DNA of 64,000 nt from NCBI GenBank assembly GCA_964590205.1, contig CAZPVO010000003.1, positions 682 to 64,681 of the forward strand, written 5' to 3'. The notes beneath the pieces were generated by a model, which worked only from the letters and a program-made list of their open reading frames with translations, did not search any database and had not been told where the DNA came from. Made by a program: the position numbers and the translations under genes. This DNA comes from an uncultured Candidatus Saccharibacteria bacterium. Lineage in GTDB: Bacteria > Patescibacteriota > Saccharimonadia > Saccharimonadales > JAGQNJ01. Positions 36,589 to 46,129 of the stretch are shown here, piece by piece (the stretch's first letter is position 1; each line of letters opens with the position of its first letter).

Positions 36589-36656
36589 GTTTTGCCACAA
36601 AATCAAAAAAACCACAATATGTGGTGTTTTTGATAAATTAGCAAGCGCTATTTAAA

Positions 36657-37058
36657 TTAGCCTTCTTGGTTTGGCTGAGTAGTCGTGGTTGAATTGGGAT
36701 CTACTTTGACAGTATCACCTGGGTGAACATTTGGATTACCACCGTTCTGGCCAATAAAGTTTTCGGTATTGTTAGCAACAAGGTGTGGTTCGTTGGTAAA
36801 TTTCTTAGCAACAATCGAGAGATTTTCGTCCGGTTTAATATGGTAATCAACATACTTATTAGGATTGTCTTTTACATCTTGTGCGGTAGGAACGTCTGAT
36901 CCAGTAAATTTATCATTAGTGTACCCCGCAACCTTAGCGACACCCGTGCCGATAAGAGCTGCTCCTACTAGTGCACCCCCAGCGACGGCACGGCGAAGAC
37001 CATAATGTGGACGTCCTGCCGAGTTTTCTGGGGTTTGTTGTGTGACTGCTTTTGTCAT
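36657..37058 (-). CDS. membrane-anchored LysM-like domain protein
   Basis: TM helix followed by YHIKPDENLSIVAKKF...NVHPGDTVKVD, which resembles the LysM consensus. Confidence 0.45.
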   Translation of the reverse strand: MTKAVTQQTPENSAGRPHYGLRRAVAGGALVGAALIGTGVAKVAGYTNDKFTGSDVPTAQDVKDNPNKYVDYHIKPDENLSIVAKKFTNEPHLVANNTENFIGQNGGNPNVHPGDTVKVDPNSTTTTQPNQEG

Positions 37059-37067
37059 AATGTTTAT

Positions 37068-37096
37068 ACTATATCAAACATAAGCGTATTTGTCAA
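37068..37096 (-). promoter_or_regulatory. consensus-like promoter of the LysM-like gene
   Basis: On the minus strand: TTGACA (37096-37091), 17-nt spacer, TATAGT (37073-37068), 9 nt before the ATG at 37058. Confidence 0.55.
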
Positions 37097-37105
37097 TGTG
37101 ATTGT

Positions 37106-38398
37106 CTAATACTGGTCTTCGATTTCTTTAACAACTTTGGCATACTTATGCCCGCTCGGACGAATAGTCCGTTTCATAGCATGTTCACGATCCACTTCTA
37201 TCAAACCAAACTTTGGCCACCAGCCATACCCCCACTCAAAGTTATCGAGCAGACTCCAGTGGAAGTAGCCACGCAGATCAACACCTTCACTCAGAGCTCG
37301 TTCCATGGCAACAATCGTTTCATCCAGCCACCAGCCTCTATATTGATCACTGGCATCCGCAAGACCATTTTCGGTCACCACAATCGGCTTACGGTAATGT
37401 GCCCAGGCTCGCAGTAATAATGGATATAGCCCTTCCGGCTCCATATACCAGCCCATGTCATTTAAGGGAACTTTTGGATTATCAATTTTATATCCCCGGT
37501 AGTAATCGCTGAAGTAATAATTAAAACCGATGAAGTCCTGCTGTTTTTTGGTCCTGTTTAAAAACCACCAATTCCAGGCAAACCGCATAAACTGCGTGGC
37601 AATGCCGTCCCAAAAATTATGAGGACGCTTCGCCTGAATATTGGCCAAATGATGTGCCATGCCAACCATAAGACTCGGGCGCTGCCGCTTTAAAATTCGA
37701 TAAGCGCGCTTATGGGCGCTGATCAAATTAACATACACTTTCACTGCACTGACCACGCTTTTTTCTTGTGGTGGCCACTTCCCAGATGCATCGCCGGCAA
37801 GATAACAAAATGTCGTGTATACATTTGGCTCGTTTATTGTTAAAACATAGGTCACATCTTCGCAGAATTCTTCGCCAACCTTTTGGATAAAACGCTCCCA
37901 GTATTTAAGATTCGCCCTGTGCTTGAACCCACCTTTTTCATAAAACCAAACTGGCAGCGTCCCGTGCCATATATTTAGAAATGGCTCAATCTTGAGTTTT
38001 CTGAGCTCGACGATGTAATCACGGTAGTGTTCAATCTCTTTTTCGTCCCATTCACCTTCTTTTGGTTCAATTCGTGACCACTCTATACTAAAGCGAAATG
38101 AGTTAAGGTTTAGCTCTTTTATAAGTTTAAAATCTTCTTTGTATCTCTTGTAATGTTCAACCCCTGCGCCAGAAACATAACTTTCAGGATTTTCTGCCGT
38201 CTCTTTTATATCTCGCCAACCTGGCAACCAGGACAGGCGCTGATGTGCCGAGCGAGCTTGCTCTTTTGCATTGCCGAGTTCCCAAACTGTCCACTGATTG
38301 TGGTTGCCGCCCTCAACCTGGTGTGCTGATGTGCTAGCACCCCAGAAAAAGTTCGGTGGAAATTCGCGTTTATATTTGTCCATTCCTCTTAAGATCAT
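37106..38398 (-). CDS. glycoside hydrolase family 1 (beta-glucosidase-like)
   Basis: FFWGASTSAHQVEGG, the acid/base motif TINEPNVY and the nucleophile motif VTENGLAD. Confidence 0.9.
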   Translation of the reverse strand: MILRGMDKYKREFPPNFFWGASTSAHQVEGGNHNQWTVWELGNAKEQARSAHQRLSWLPGWRDIKETAENPESYVSGAGVEHYKRYKEDFKLIKELNLNSFRFSIEWSRIEPKEGEWDEKEIEHYRDYIVELRKLKIEPFLNIWHGTLPVWFYEKGGFKHRANLKYWERFIQKVGEEFCEDVTYVLTINEPNVYTTFCYLAGDASGKWPPQEKSVVSAVKVYVNLISAHKRAYRILKRQRPSLMVGMAHHLANIQAKRPHNFWDGIATQFMRFAWNWWFLNRTKKQQDFIGFNYYFSDYYRGYKIDNPKVPLNDMGWYMEPEGLYPLLLRAWAHYRKPIVVTENGLADASDQYRGWWLDETIVAMERALSEGVDLRGYFHWSLLDNFEWGYGWWPKFGLIEVDREHAMKRTIRPSGHKYAKVVKEIEDQY

Positions 38399-38459
38399 AG
38401 CATAAACAGTTTAATTATTGCTTTGCTATAAGCCAGTTACGTGCGCTACACTTATTTTA

Positions 38460-39608
38460 ATGGCCAAAAAATCTCATCTTAATATTTCACGTCTTTTTAT
38501 TTTGCTTTTTATGGGGGCTATCTTTGGGTTGCTCGCTGGCTTAGTTACAAGGGCTTTTGTGTTCGCAATCGAAGAAATCCAACACTTTTTGTGGACATAT
38601 TTGCCTGCTCAATTGCCAGCTCTGCCACGAAGTACTTACACAATTATTACCTGTGTTATTGGCGGGGTGTTGATGGGATTAGGAGTTAAATACCTCGGCA
38701 ATCATCCTCACAATATTCAAGAAGACATTACGGAGTTTAAGAAAACTGGTAAGTTTGACTACAAGCACATTCCGCAAACTTTTATTAATTCGTTAATCTC
38801 ACTTGGCTTTGGTGCAGCCTTAGGACCCGAAGCTGCGCTTACTGCAATTATTGGTGGTTTTTGCACCTGGATATCTGAAAAACTACATCTTATTTCAGCG
38901 CAGCACGATGATTTTGCGACAAAATTGCACTTTAGGCTATCGTTTATGGTGGCCACACTGAGTGGTTTTTATATATATAAAATTACTGATACGTCCTCAT
39001 CTAATTACTTCAACTTTCCTTTAATGCCGTACTCGTTTCATACAATTGATTTACTGTATGCCTTTTTGATTGGTCTTTGTGGCTTTGCCGCTGGTTTGCT
39101 GTTTCTTTTCTTTGGTAGAATCGTGCATAAGTTTCTCAAGCGTGTGCCTGGCATTTTTGGGAAAGCTATACTTGGCGGTTTAGTCTTAGGAGTTTTAGGC
39201 GCAATCTGGCCACTTGTGCTGTTTTCTGGGCATGAAGGGATTAGCCAGCTAATGACAACTTATGCCCTTTCCAGTAGTGTTCTCTTGATTGGAATTGCTC
39301 TAGCTAAAAGCTTCACAACTAATACACTGATTGCAACGGGTTGGAAAGGTGGGCAGTTCTTCCCTGTAATGTTTGCCGGATCCGCTATCGGGCTCGGCAT
39401 CGCAAACTTTGCTAACCTTCCGCCTATGATTGGTATTGTCGCCGGCATGACAGCTATGCTTGCAACCGTACTTAAACAACCACTGCTGGCCGGTTTTTTA
39501 GTTTTGTTCTTTTTCCCCGTAAATCTATACCCAGCAATTGCTATCAGTACAGCGCTTATCTATCTGTTACTGCGATATAATCGCATGGATATTCTAGAAA
39601 AAGCTTAG
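38460..39608 (+). CDS. ClC family voltage-gated chloride channel/antiporter
   Basis: GFGAALGPEAAL and GGQFFPVMFAGSAIG selectivity-filter-like segments in a multi-TM protein. Start taken at MAKKSHL, 7 nt after TACACT (38447-38452), with TTGCTA 18 nt upstream. Confidence 0.75.
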   Translation: MAKKSHLNISRLFILLFMGAIFGLLAGLVTRAFVFAIEEIQHFLWTYLPAQLPALPRSTYTIITCVIGGVLMGLGVKYLGNHPHNIQEDITEFKKTGKFDYKHIPQTFINSLISLGFGAALGPEAALTAIIGGFCTWISEKLHLISAQHDDFATKLHFRLSFMVATLSGFYIYKITDTSSSNYFNFPLMPYSFHTIDLLYAFLIGLCGFAAGLLFLFFGRIVHKFLKRVPGIFGKAILGGLVLGVLGAIWPLVLFSGHEGISQLMTTYALSSSVLLIGIALAKSFTTNTLIATGWKGGQFFPVMFAGSAIGLGIANFANLPPMIGIVAGMTAMLATVLKQPLLAGFLVLFFFPVNLYPAIAISTALIYLLLRYNRMDILEKA

Positions 39609-40024
39609 ATCCCCATCAAGCCAATGATGAGTCCCATAACCATAATGGTGATGAATTCATGTGCTAGCGTCATGGTAGTAAGTTCAGCCGGTCGCTGTTC
39701 AAACATGTCATGAGTTATAAATCGAGCGGCGACAAAACCAAGCCAGACCCACAATGATGTCATCAGTGCATCATAGAGAAACGAGTTATTAAAGAAGTGG
39801 TTTGCCAAAAATATTACATGCGCCAGTACATAGGCCGTAATAAGACTTACGACAACTGTTGAAGCGAGCGCCTTTACTGCCCCTTTTTTGGCTTTCTCGT
39901 CGGTCATACCAACAAGCTTCATCCACTTTTTACCAAAAACCGATTTGGAGTACCAAATCGAGCCAATCACCATTGATGATGCCATAGCTAAGATGACCGC
40001 TAAATAATTAACTTCTACGTTCAT
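39605..40024 (-). CDS. DUF1761 family membrane protein
   Basis: The N-terminus NYLAVILAMASSMVIGSIWYSKSVFGKKWMKLVG is typical of DUF1761. A strong AGGAGGG element lies 5 nt upstream. Confidence 0.65.
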   Translation of the reverse strand: MNVEVNYLAVILAMASSMVIGSIWYSKSVFGKKWMKLVGMTDEKAKKGAVKALASTVVVSLITAYVLAHVIFLANHFFNNSFLYDALMTSLWVWLGFVAARFITHDMFEQRPAELTTMTLAHEFITIMVMGLIIGLMGI

Positions 40025-40088
40025 AGTGCCCTCCTAAAGAGTTTATTTATGATGATAGTATGCTCCGCTTTTTTTATTTCGTCTAGAT

Positions 40089-40583
40089 TTAGTAATAACC
40101 GCCTTCAATTACATCGCCAACAGCAAAACCAAGCCCTGTCCCGACCGCACCAAATATAACTGTTAGAAAAATTTTGTTTCGTGTTTCGTTTTGCGTAGCA
40201 TCCTTTTGCTGCTTGAGTTGTTCCGTGAGAGATTTTACGGCATTAAATTGAGTCACAGCAATACTGCTGATATGATCTGCTTCAGCATTGTTTGTGGCGC
40301 ATACATCAGTAAGCTTCTGAGCTAGAGTATTTGCCGTAAGACTTACTCGATTTGAATCTTCATAATCAGTCGCCGTACTAACAACAGCATACTCACAAGT
40401 ATTTTTGTTCGTTACCTCGCCTAATGACTTTTGAGCAGCCTGCAGCTGACTGCTAGTCGCCGCTAGTTGATCTGGTGTCGGAACATTTTCGCCTGCAAGA
40501 TGGTAACCATATATAGCGCCAGCTATGGTGCCGACCGTCATAACGGCAGGAACTATTGCCTCATGCGCATCAAAGCCAAACAT
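40089..40583 (-). CDS. hypothetical protein with terminal TM helices
   Basis: Hydrophobic N- and C-termini flank a helical core. No motif recognised. Confidence 0.4.
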   Translation of the reverse strand: MFGFDAHEAIVPAVMTVGTIAGAIYGYHLAGENVPTPDQLAATSSQLQAAQKSLGEVTNKNTCEYAVVSTATDYEDSNRVSLTANTLAQKLTDVCATNNAEADHISSIAVTQFNAVKSLTEQLKQQKDATQNETRNKIFLTVIFGAVGTGLGFAVGDVIEGGYY

Positions 40584-40622
40584 AATTAAAGCAGTATAGC
40601 TGTTTTACAGATCTGATTCTAT

Positions 40623-41162
40623 TTATGCTTTCTTAGGTTTACGCCGGTAGTCTTTGTGCTCGAGTTGCCTGCGTAATTGATCAATGCGTATAATATACTG
40701 CTCGTATGGCTTTAACAGAGATGAATACTGATAATTTGGTGTCATCACATGCTTGAGCCGCTTTTTTTCTGCCAGGTATTCGGCCAAGCAGTAAAAATCG
40801 CCATCACCAGATACGATAATAGCCTGCTGATAATTTGGCATTTCTTTCATGGCGTACAGAACGAGCTCCGCGTCGATGTTACCTTTTACGATAGGCTTGT
40901 CTTTGCTTTTCTCGGTAGCTTTTATCTCTAGTGTTGGCTTAAGAACAATCAAATAGCCAAGGTCGTGCAGTTGATTGTACATGTCTTCATGCTCCTGCAT
41001 ATAACCAATAAACATGTAAGCACGACTAACGTTGTGTTCTACCTGCAAATAGTCGCGGAATTTTTTCCAGTCCATTTTCCAGCCAACCTTTTGGACACCC
41101 AAGTTTAGGTTTTGGCTATCGATAAATGCAAAAGTTGTCAACGGTTTGTTTTCTTGTTTCAT
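40623..41162 (-). CDS. NYN (LabA-like) domain protein, predicted RNase fold
   Basis: FAFIDSQNLNLGVQKVGWKMDWKKFRDYL...RAYMFIGY...IVSGDGDF matches the NYN/PIN-like acidic residue pattern. Confidence 0.7.
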   Translation of the reverse strand: MKQENKPLTTFAFIDSQNLNLGVQKVGWKMDWKKFRDYLQVEHNVSRAYMFIGYMQEHEDMYNQLHDLGYLIVLKPTLEIKATEKSKDKPIVKGNIDAELVLYAMKEMPNYQQAIIVSGDGDFYCLAEYLAEKKRLKHVMTPNYQYSSLLKPYEQYIIRIDQLRRQLEHKDYRRKPKKA

Positions 41163-41539
41163 TATTCGTGGGATTCAACAACCAAAATGTTACCATCTGG
41201 ATCTGTAAACCATGCGGCTTTCATCTTACCCATGACGTGGATATCACCATTGCGAGTCACACCCGGTAAATCGTATTGTTCAAACTTAACACCTTTGGCT
41301 TTTAGATTTTCAACGACTTCTTCAACATTTTTTACATTCCATGAAGCACCTGTCGCTTTATTGGTGCCAGCAAAGCTTGATTCATAAACAAATAGTTTTG
41401 AGTCACCGCTTTTGAACATTACACCACCTGGATCGTCACCGTCCATCTGCGCAAGCCCAAGTTTATCTGTATAAAATTTCTTCGCAGCCTCAAGATCCTT
41501 TACGGCCACTGTTGCACAAACATTTCCTTCATTTAACAT
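41162..41539 (-). CDS. VOC/glyoxalase family protein
   Basis: VAVKDLEAAKKFYTDKLGL... and the C-terminal WFTDPDGNILVV are beta-alpha-beta-beta-beta module signatures. Confidence 0.75.
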   Translation of the reverse strand: MLNEGNVCATVAVKDLEAAKKFYTDKLGLAQMDGDDPGGVMFKSGDSKLFVYESSFAGTNKATGASWNVKNVEEVVENLKAKGVKFEQYDLPGVTRNGDIHVMGKMKAAWFTDPDGNILVVESHE

Positions 41540-41574
41540 AATCTTCCTCCCTTTATATCTCCAGTATACTCCTT

Positions 41575-42753
41575 TTAGACTTTAGTTTCTGCCCGATCAG
41601 TGTGCTGCAACGAGCCAATCGCCACAAGAAGCGCAATCGCCACAATCAGCCAGCTCGCCTGAAACACTGAAAAATGCTGTGTCACAAATCCAAAAAAGTA
41701 AGCTATCGGCAGAAACACTATTTGGGCAATTGTGTTAGCGGTAGAAGTCGCTCCTGCCCGGAGCGTAGAACTGAGTTTGCTGTGTAATTTGCCCTCTAGC
41801 ACAACTGATATCGCAAATGCACTAGTGATAAGTACTGTTTGGCCAATAACTGAGCTCGCAATAGAAAGTTTAAACGTTAGGAGCACACTACTCATTACCA
41901 TCGCCACAAGTAGTCCATAGAAAACTTGTTTACCCTTCACACGTCCGGCTATAAACCCACCTGCACCAATACTCGATTGGATTAACGCGGTGAACGGTCC
42001 ATATAAAACCAGCGGTACCAACAGTGCAATATAGTACAGCTGATTAAACTCAAGTATGATCCTGAAAAGTATAGCTGCCCCAGCAATCGGCAACAAAAGC
42101 GCCACAATCGTGTGGTCTTTGACTATATTAGTCACCATTTCGCCCAAATGGCCGACAAGAGTTGCTGCAGCTGACTTACGATGGAGTTTGGGCTCTTTAA
42201 AGCAAATTAATGCAACAAAACAAAGAAGCGTTGAAGGTATACTAATGAAATATGGCGAACGAATGCCAAATTTACTGGCAATCAGGCCAGATGCTAGCGA
42301 ACTTATTACTAGTCCAGCACTATTAATAAAAAGCATGCGCCCCAGGTAGCGCTCATATAGCTTGCCACTACTTCCTTCATCCAACAGTGTATCGTACACC
42401 AATGTCTCATAAATACCCGAAAACGTCCCATAAAACACACCCCACAAAAAACCTGCAAACATATACGAAATTTGACTATGACTTAAGCCTCCGACTACTG
42501 TGCTTAAAAAAAGCATGCTTGTTGATACCATAAGCATTCCCTTGCGGCTCCATCGATCGGCCATAATCCCGCTCGGAAGCTCAGTCAACAGAACTCCCAC
42601 AACAACCGCCATTGTAACAGCGGCGATCTTTTGTGGTGTCAATCCAAGTTCCGAGGTTTCAAAAACCTTTTCGATCGCGTACCAAAATATCAGGCCATGA
42701 AAAAATGCCGCAATATAAAGTGGCAGAAAACGCTTCCGTAAAGCTCGGTTCAT
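41575..42753 (-). CDS. MFS transporter
   Basis: Hydrophobic profile of about 12 TM helices, with an MADRWSRKG loop motif between TM2 and TM3. Confidence 0.75.
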   Translation of the reverse strand: MNRALRKRFLPLYIAAFFHGLIFWYAIEKVFETSELGLTPQKIAAVTMAVVVGVLLTELPSGIMADRWSRKGMLMVSTSMLFLSTVVGGLSHSQISYMFAGFLWGVFYGTFSGIYETLVYDTLLDEGSSGKLYERYLGRMLFINSAGLVISSLASGLIASKFGIRSPYFISIPSTLLCFVALICFKEPKLHRKSAAATLVGHLGEMVTNIVKDHTIVALLLPIAGAAILFRIILEFNQLYYIALLVPLVLYGPFTALIQSSIGAGGFIAGRVKGKQVFYGLLVAMVMSSVLLTFKLSIASSVIGQTVLITSAFAISVVLEGKLHSKLSSTLRAGATSTANTIAQIVFLPIAYFFGFVTQHFSVFQASWLIVAIALLVAIGSLQHTDRAETKV

Positions 42754-43346
42754 GTTGTGTTAATTTTAGCAGTTGTAATACGGTTTTGTCTTAATAGAAT
42801 TATTGCTACCATCGCCGCGTTAATGAGCACGATGTAAATTGGGTAACTCAGCGTATAAAGAGTATAGATCTCGAGTGCTAAAATACTCAACATTCCAGCA
42901 ATAGTGTCCATCGCGTAAAAACGCCAATCTTCCGTGTTTGGATGTTTATAAGTTTTGATAAGAGCTGGCACCATGCCGACATAGTCAGCGATAATCGAAG
43001 CAAACAGTCCAACCGCTGGCTGACCACTAGTTTGCCAAAGTACAATCCCAATAAGAGCAATGATCAAGCAAGCAATATCAATCTTGGCCCAACCGCCCAT
43101 CCCCCGTTTTATGCTTAATATGAAGATAAGAAGTGCTTGAATAAAACTTGCAAGTGCTAGCCAGAAGGCAGCCCCCTTAGCATCCCACAACGCTGCCGTT
43201 GAAAGCCCAGTAATAATCAATAGTACAAATCGTGTCGTGCGATGCGGTTTTGAAATCCCCCGTAAAATTGAGCGGATATAGACCAATGGTGAGCTCAGCA
43301 CCAAAATCGTGCTCATGATAATTAGTAGTGTTTTTATTTCCACCAA
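42750..43346 (-). CDS. multi-pass membrane protein (paralog of 48534..49115)
   Basis: Six predicted TM helices. The N-terminal segment SSPLVYIRSILRGISKPHRTT parallels SFTPYLIDTIKKRVKPRLAT of the paralog. Confidence 0.5.
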   Translation of the reverse strand: MVEIKTLLIIMSTILVLSSPLVYIRSILRGISKPHRTTRFVLLIITGLSTAALWDAKGAAFWLALASFIQALLIFILSIKRGMGGWAKIDIACLIIALIGIVLWQTSGQPAVGLFASIIADYVGMVPALIKTYKHPNTEDWRFYAMDTIAGMLSILALEIYTLYTLSYPIYIVLINAAMVAIILLRQNRITTAKINTT

Positions 43347-43357
43347 ATCATTTCCTT

Positions 43358-44059
43358 CTAGTCAAAATTAAAGCCGAGCCCACCTAACGAACTTTTTACA
43401 ACTATAAGATCCACATTTGTCATTGTTGTTCCAATATCCTGCTCTTCATCGAAAAGTTCTCCAAGGTCATCAAGCTCATCGTCCGATGTTTCACCATCAG
43501 GCTGTTCATCGCTAGGTAGCTGAAGTGCTCCCTCAATGTCGCTGTCCCAAAATACACGACCGTCATCTAGCTGAAGCTCCATCTCGACTTTTGTATCCCC
43601 TGGATCATCATCATCAGTCGTGAACCAGTACGTTTCACGTTGCCATGCCGACATACCATCACGTCGCTCTTCAGTGAGTACAAAATCGGGGTCATAATGC
43701 GTTAAAGCCTTTTCCGCTCTAGCAAGCAGTTCATATGTTTGTGCAAACCTTTTGGTAAGCACTGCGATAGCCGCTAAACATAACCGCTCTCGAGGATTAA
43801 CAATTACGTCATCGCCATTATTGACTTCAGCCAGAATACAATGTGCCTGAAATTCAATTCGGAAAACTCCAAAAACTGGATCCTCAGGATCAATAACAGT
43901 TTTGGCGCACATTATGTCAGATCCCGGAAGAGCCAGGCCAACAAAGTCACCGCCAAATTGCTGGTTGACAGCTGGCCAAATAATTTCATCACGAAAATCT
44001 ATAACTTCTTGACTGGATAAGGCACGCTCACTTCCGACAGTCGGGTCGTTCACACTCAT
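43358..44059 (-). CDS. hypothetical highly acidic protein
   Basis: 233-aa ORF with an Asp/Glu-rich C-terminal half (DDDDPGD, SDEQPDGETSDDELDDLGELFDEEQD). No signal peptide and no motif. Confidence 0.45.
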   Translation of the reverse strand: MSVNDPTVGSERALSSQEVIDFRDEIIWPAVNQQFGGDFVGLALPGSDIMCAKTVIDPEDPVFGVFRIEFQAHCILAEVNNGDDVIVNPRERLCLAAIAVLTKRFAQTYELLARAEKALTHYDPDFVLTEERRDGMSAWQRETYWFTTDDDDPGDTKVEMELQLDDGRVFWDSDIEGALQLPSDEQPDGETSDDELDDLGELFDEEQDIGTTMTNVDLIVVKSSLGGLGFNFD

Positions 44060-44106
44060 GAATTAAGATTGACAGATTGTGTGCATTATTGCAAGAGATA
44101 GCCAAC

Positions 44107-44960
44107 TTAGTTTTTGATCATGACAGCAGAGATAAGCACCAGTATCGAGGCAGCGATCTTGCGCCACACATGGGATCGTTCTTTGAGCAAGAAGTAACTG
44201 AGCACAACTGTCACGACAACTTGCGCAGTTAGTAGCATGGCAACCCGCGCTGGTTCTGGAGCGTGCTTGTAGGCATAGTACGCAAACAAGAATTTAGGAC
44301 GCTTGGAATAGCTGTAAGTAACGGGATCTTAATAATCACCGCTTTGTCGGTCACTTTTTTAAGGTCACCGACGACTTGACGGAATTTTACAATCAACACA
44401 GTAAGTGCTGCCCCACCATAAGCTGTTACTAAATAAGTTGCGGCAGTAACTTGTTTTGACAGTTCGCCACTGGACAACTGAAAGATGGCAAATATAAACG
44501 CGGCGACAATCATGAGCATAACCCCTCGCCGATGTAATTCAATCTTACCTGTCGTCACGCTGATGATCGCGAGTAACAATAAGATGATGCCAACAAAATT
44601 TATGAAGCTGAGGTGCAAATTTAGAAAAGTCATAGCCAGCACCGTGTTAAAAACAAGAACAGAAGAAAACGCAATCTGAGCCGTTGAATTTGTTAAGTCT
44701 TTTAGAGCGGCAAAGTAGAAAATATTTCCCAAGCCTTGGCTAACAACAACCAATAATACGGTTGTCACGTCCACATTGCCTGTAAAGTGAATTCCTCCTA
44801 AGAATGGTGCAGCTAAAAGTGATATAAACATACCTGCAAGCGGCAGCAAAAAACCTTTGGTATACGCCGAGACGTCCAATTTGTTCGAAAGAACTTTGGT
44901 CATAATGCCATAAATTGCCCGAGCAACAACGGCAATAGCAGTAAAAAATAACCAGTTCAT
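44107..44960 (-). pseudogene. EamA/DMT family transporter, interrupted by a frameshift
   Basis: ORF 44229..44960 carries the N-terminal DMT repeats. ORF 44107..44289, in another frame, carries a typical DMT C-terminus (FAYYAYKHAPEPARVAMLLTAQVVVTVVLSYFLLKE). The frames meet at CCTAAATTC near 44290-44298. Confidence 0.6.
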
Positions 44961-44979
44961 TTATCGTAATTGTACCAGA

Positions 44980-45666
44980 TTACTGCTCGTGTGAAATTTG
45001 CCTGGCAAGCCAATTCATATGCACAATGTTGTTGTTCAAGAAATTTATTGCGCCGCGGTGTCCGCTTAGCCAAAGCGTTTCTACAGCAAGATTAGTTCCA
45101 TTTTGATCCCATTGCCTAAATCGGTTCATAGCCTCACGATAATGTATAAGGTGATCAAGTGCGCCTAAAACGACTACAAAATCAGATTCGGGTGAAGCGT
45201 GAAGTGGTCCCCAGTACTCGCGAAGACTGGTTTCATCCCAACCGTTGCGACTATAAGCTCTCCGAACCGGCAAAAATATAGGGTTGTGAGCAATAACTCG
45301 TGCAGTATCAACTCCCCCAGCTGCGAACAAACCCGGCAAAGCATTGTCATGATCAGCTCTCTGCAAATTTAAACCAATAGCAAACCCCCAGCTACCACCA
45401 ACATAGCGCTTGTACGAATAACCTTCAGCCCGCTCAGCAAAATGGGCACCAATATCATCCATTAGTTGAGGCACAAATTCTGCATGCCCAGCAGTCAAAA
45501 CGGCGTCATCATATTCATACGCAACCACATCATATTCACCTTGCACTAAGGTTTCAATCGCGGGATCGCATTGCTCAATTTTGCCACCAAGTCCGGAAAT
45601 AACTGCAGCAATCTTATCATTACCAGGAGTCATCACTTCTTTAGATCTAAATTCTACATCAGCCAT
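44980..45666 (-). CDS. alpha/beta hydrolase fold-like protein
   Basis: GGSWGF nucleophile-elbow-like motif (GxSxG) with downstream Asp and His candidates (GALDHLIHY). Start taken at MADVEF. Confidence 0.4.
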   Translation of the reverse strand: MADVEFRSKEVMTPGNDKIAAVISGLGGKIEQCDPAIETLVQGEYDVVAYEYDDAVLTAGHAEFVPQLMDDIGAHFAERAEGYSYKRYVGGSWGFAIGLNLQRADHDNALPGLFAAGGVDTARVIAHNPIFLPVRRAYSRNGWDETSLREYWGPLHASPESDFVVVLGALDHLIHYREAMNRFRQWDQNGTNLAVETLWLSGHRGAINFLNNNIVHMNWLARQISHEQ

Positions 45667-46081
45667 ATTTATTCCAGCGATGGCCATGACGCTCGGCATC
45701 ATAGCGCGAACGTGCTAGCCGCAAAGCCTGGCTCACACCAAGCCTCAGTCCGTTCAAAATTATAAGTTTCGGCTGTCGATTCAGACTTTCCCGATCCAGC
45801 CCTTCTGTAATTCCCCTATCGCCCATTGTCAAGGCCTTGTATTCATCCGAGCAGGCACCTTTAAGCGATTCACGCCATTCGGTTAAATAATCAACGACTG
45901 CGTCAGGTGTGGCTACTTTTCCCTCCGGAAATGCCACAAATTGATCCGCAACTAAAGCACTTACTGTTGCGATGGCATCCCGATGAGAAATCGGATTATC
46001 AAAAAATGCTGGATTGAGCACCCCGGGATATGCTTCTAGCTGACTCTGTAATCTTTCGGTTGCTTCAACATAATCAGCCAT
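45659..46081 (-). CDS. hypothetical protein
   Basis: ORF with protein-like composition. Start taken at MADYVEA (ATG at 46081). Its stop overlaps the next gene's start by 8 nt. Confidence 0.4.
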   Translation of the reverse strand: MADYVEATERLQSQLEAYPGVLNPAFFDNPISHRDAIATVSALVADQFVAFPEGKVATPDAVVDYLTEWRESLKGACSDEYKALTMGDRGITEGLDRESLNRQPKLIILNGLRLGVSQALRLARSRYDAERHGHRWNKYG

Positions 46082-46129
46082 GGTAGCAAATTTTACTAGT
46101 GCTGGCTGTAATTGCAAGCTTAAGCTTTT

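Noticed and set aside
36500-36600. Cluster of DnaA-box-like 9-mers (TTACCCACA, CTACCCACA, TTATCCACA) as a replication origin
   Set aside because: The conserved unit is the 7-mer GTGGGTA in strict ~10-bp phase directly upstream of mraZ. This matches MraZ operator logic. No AT-rich unwinding element or dnaA context is present.
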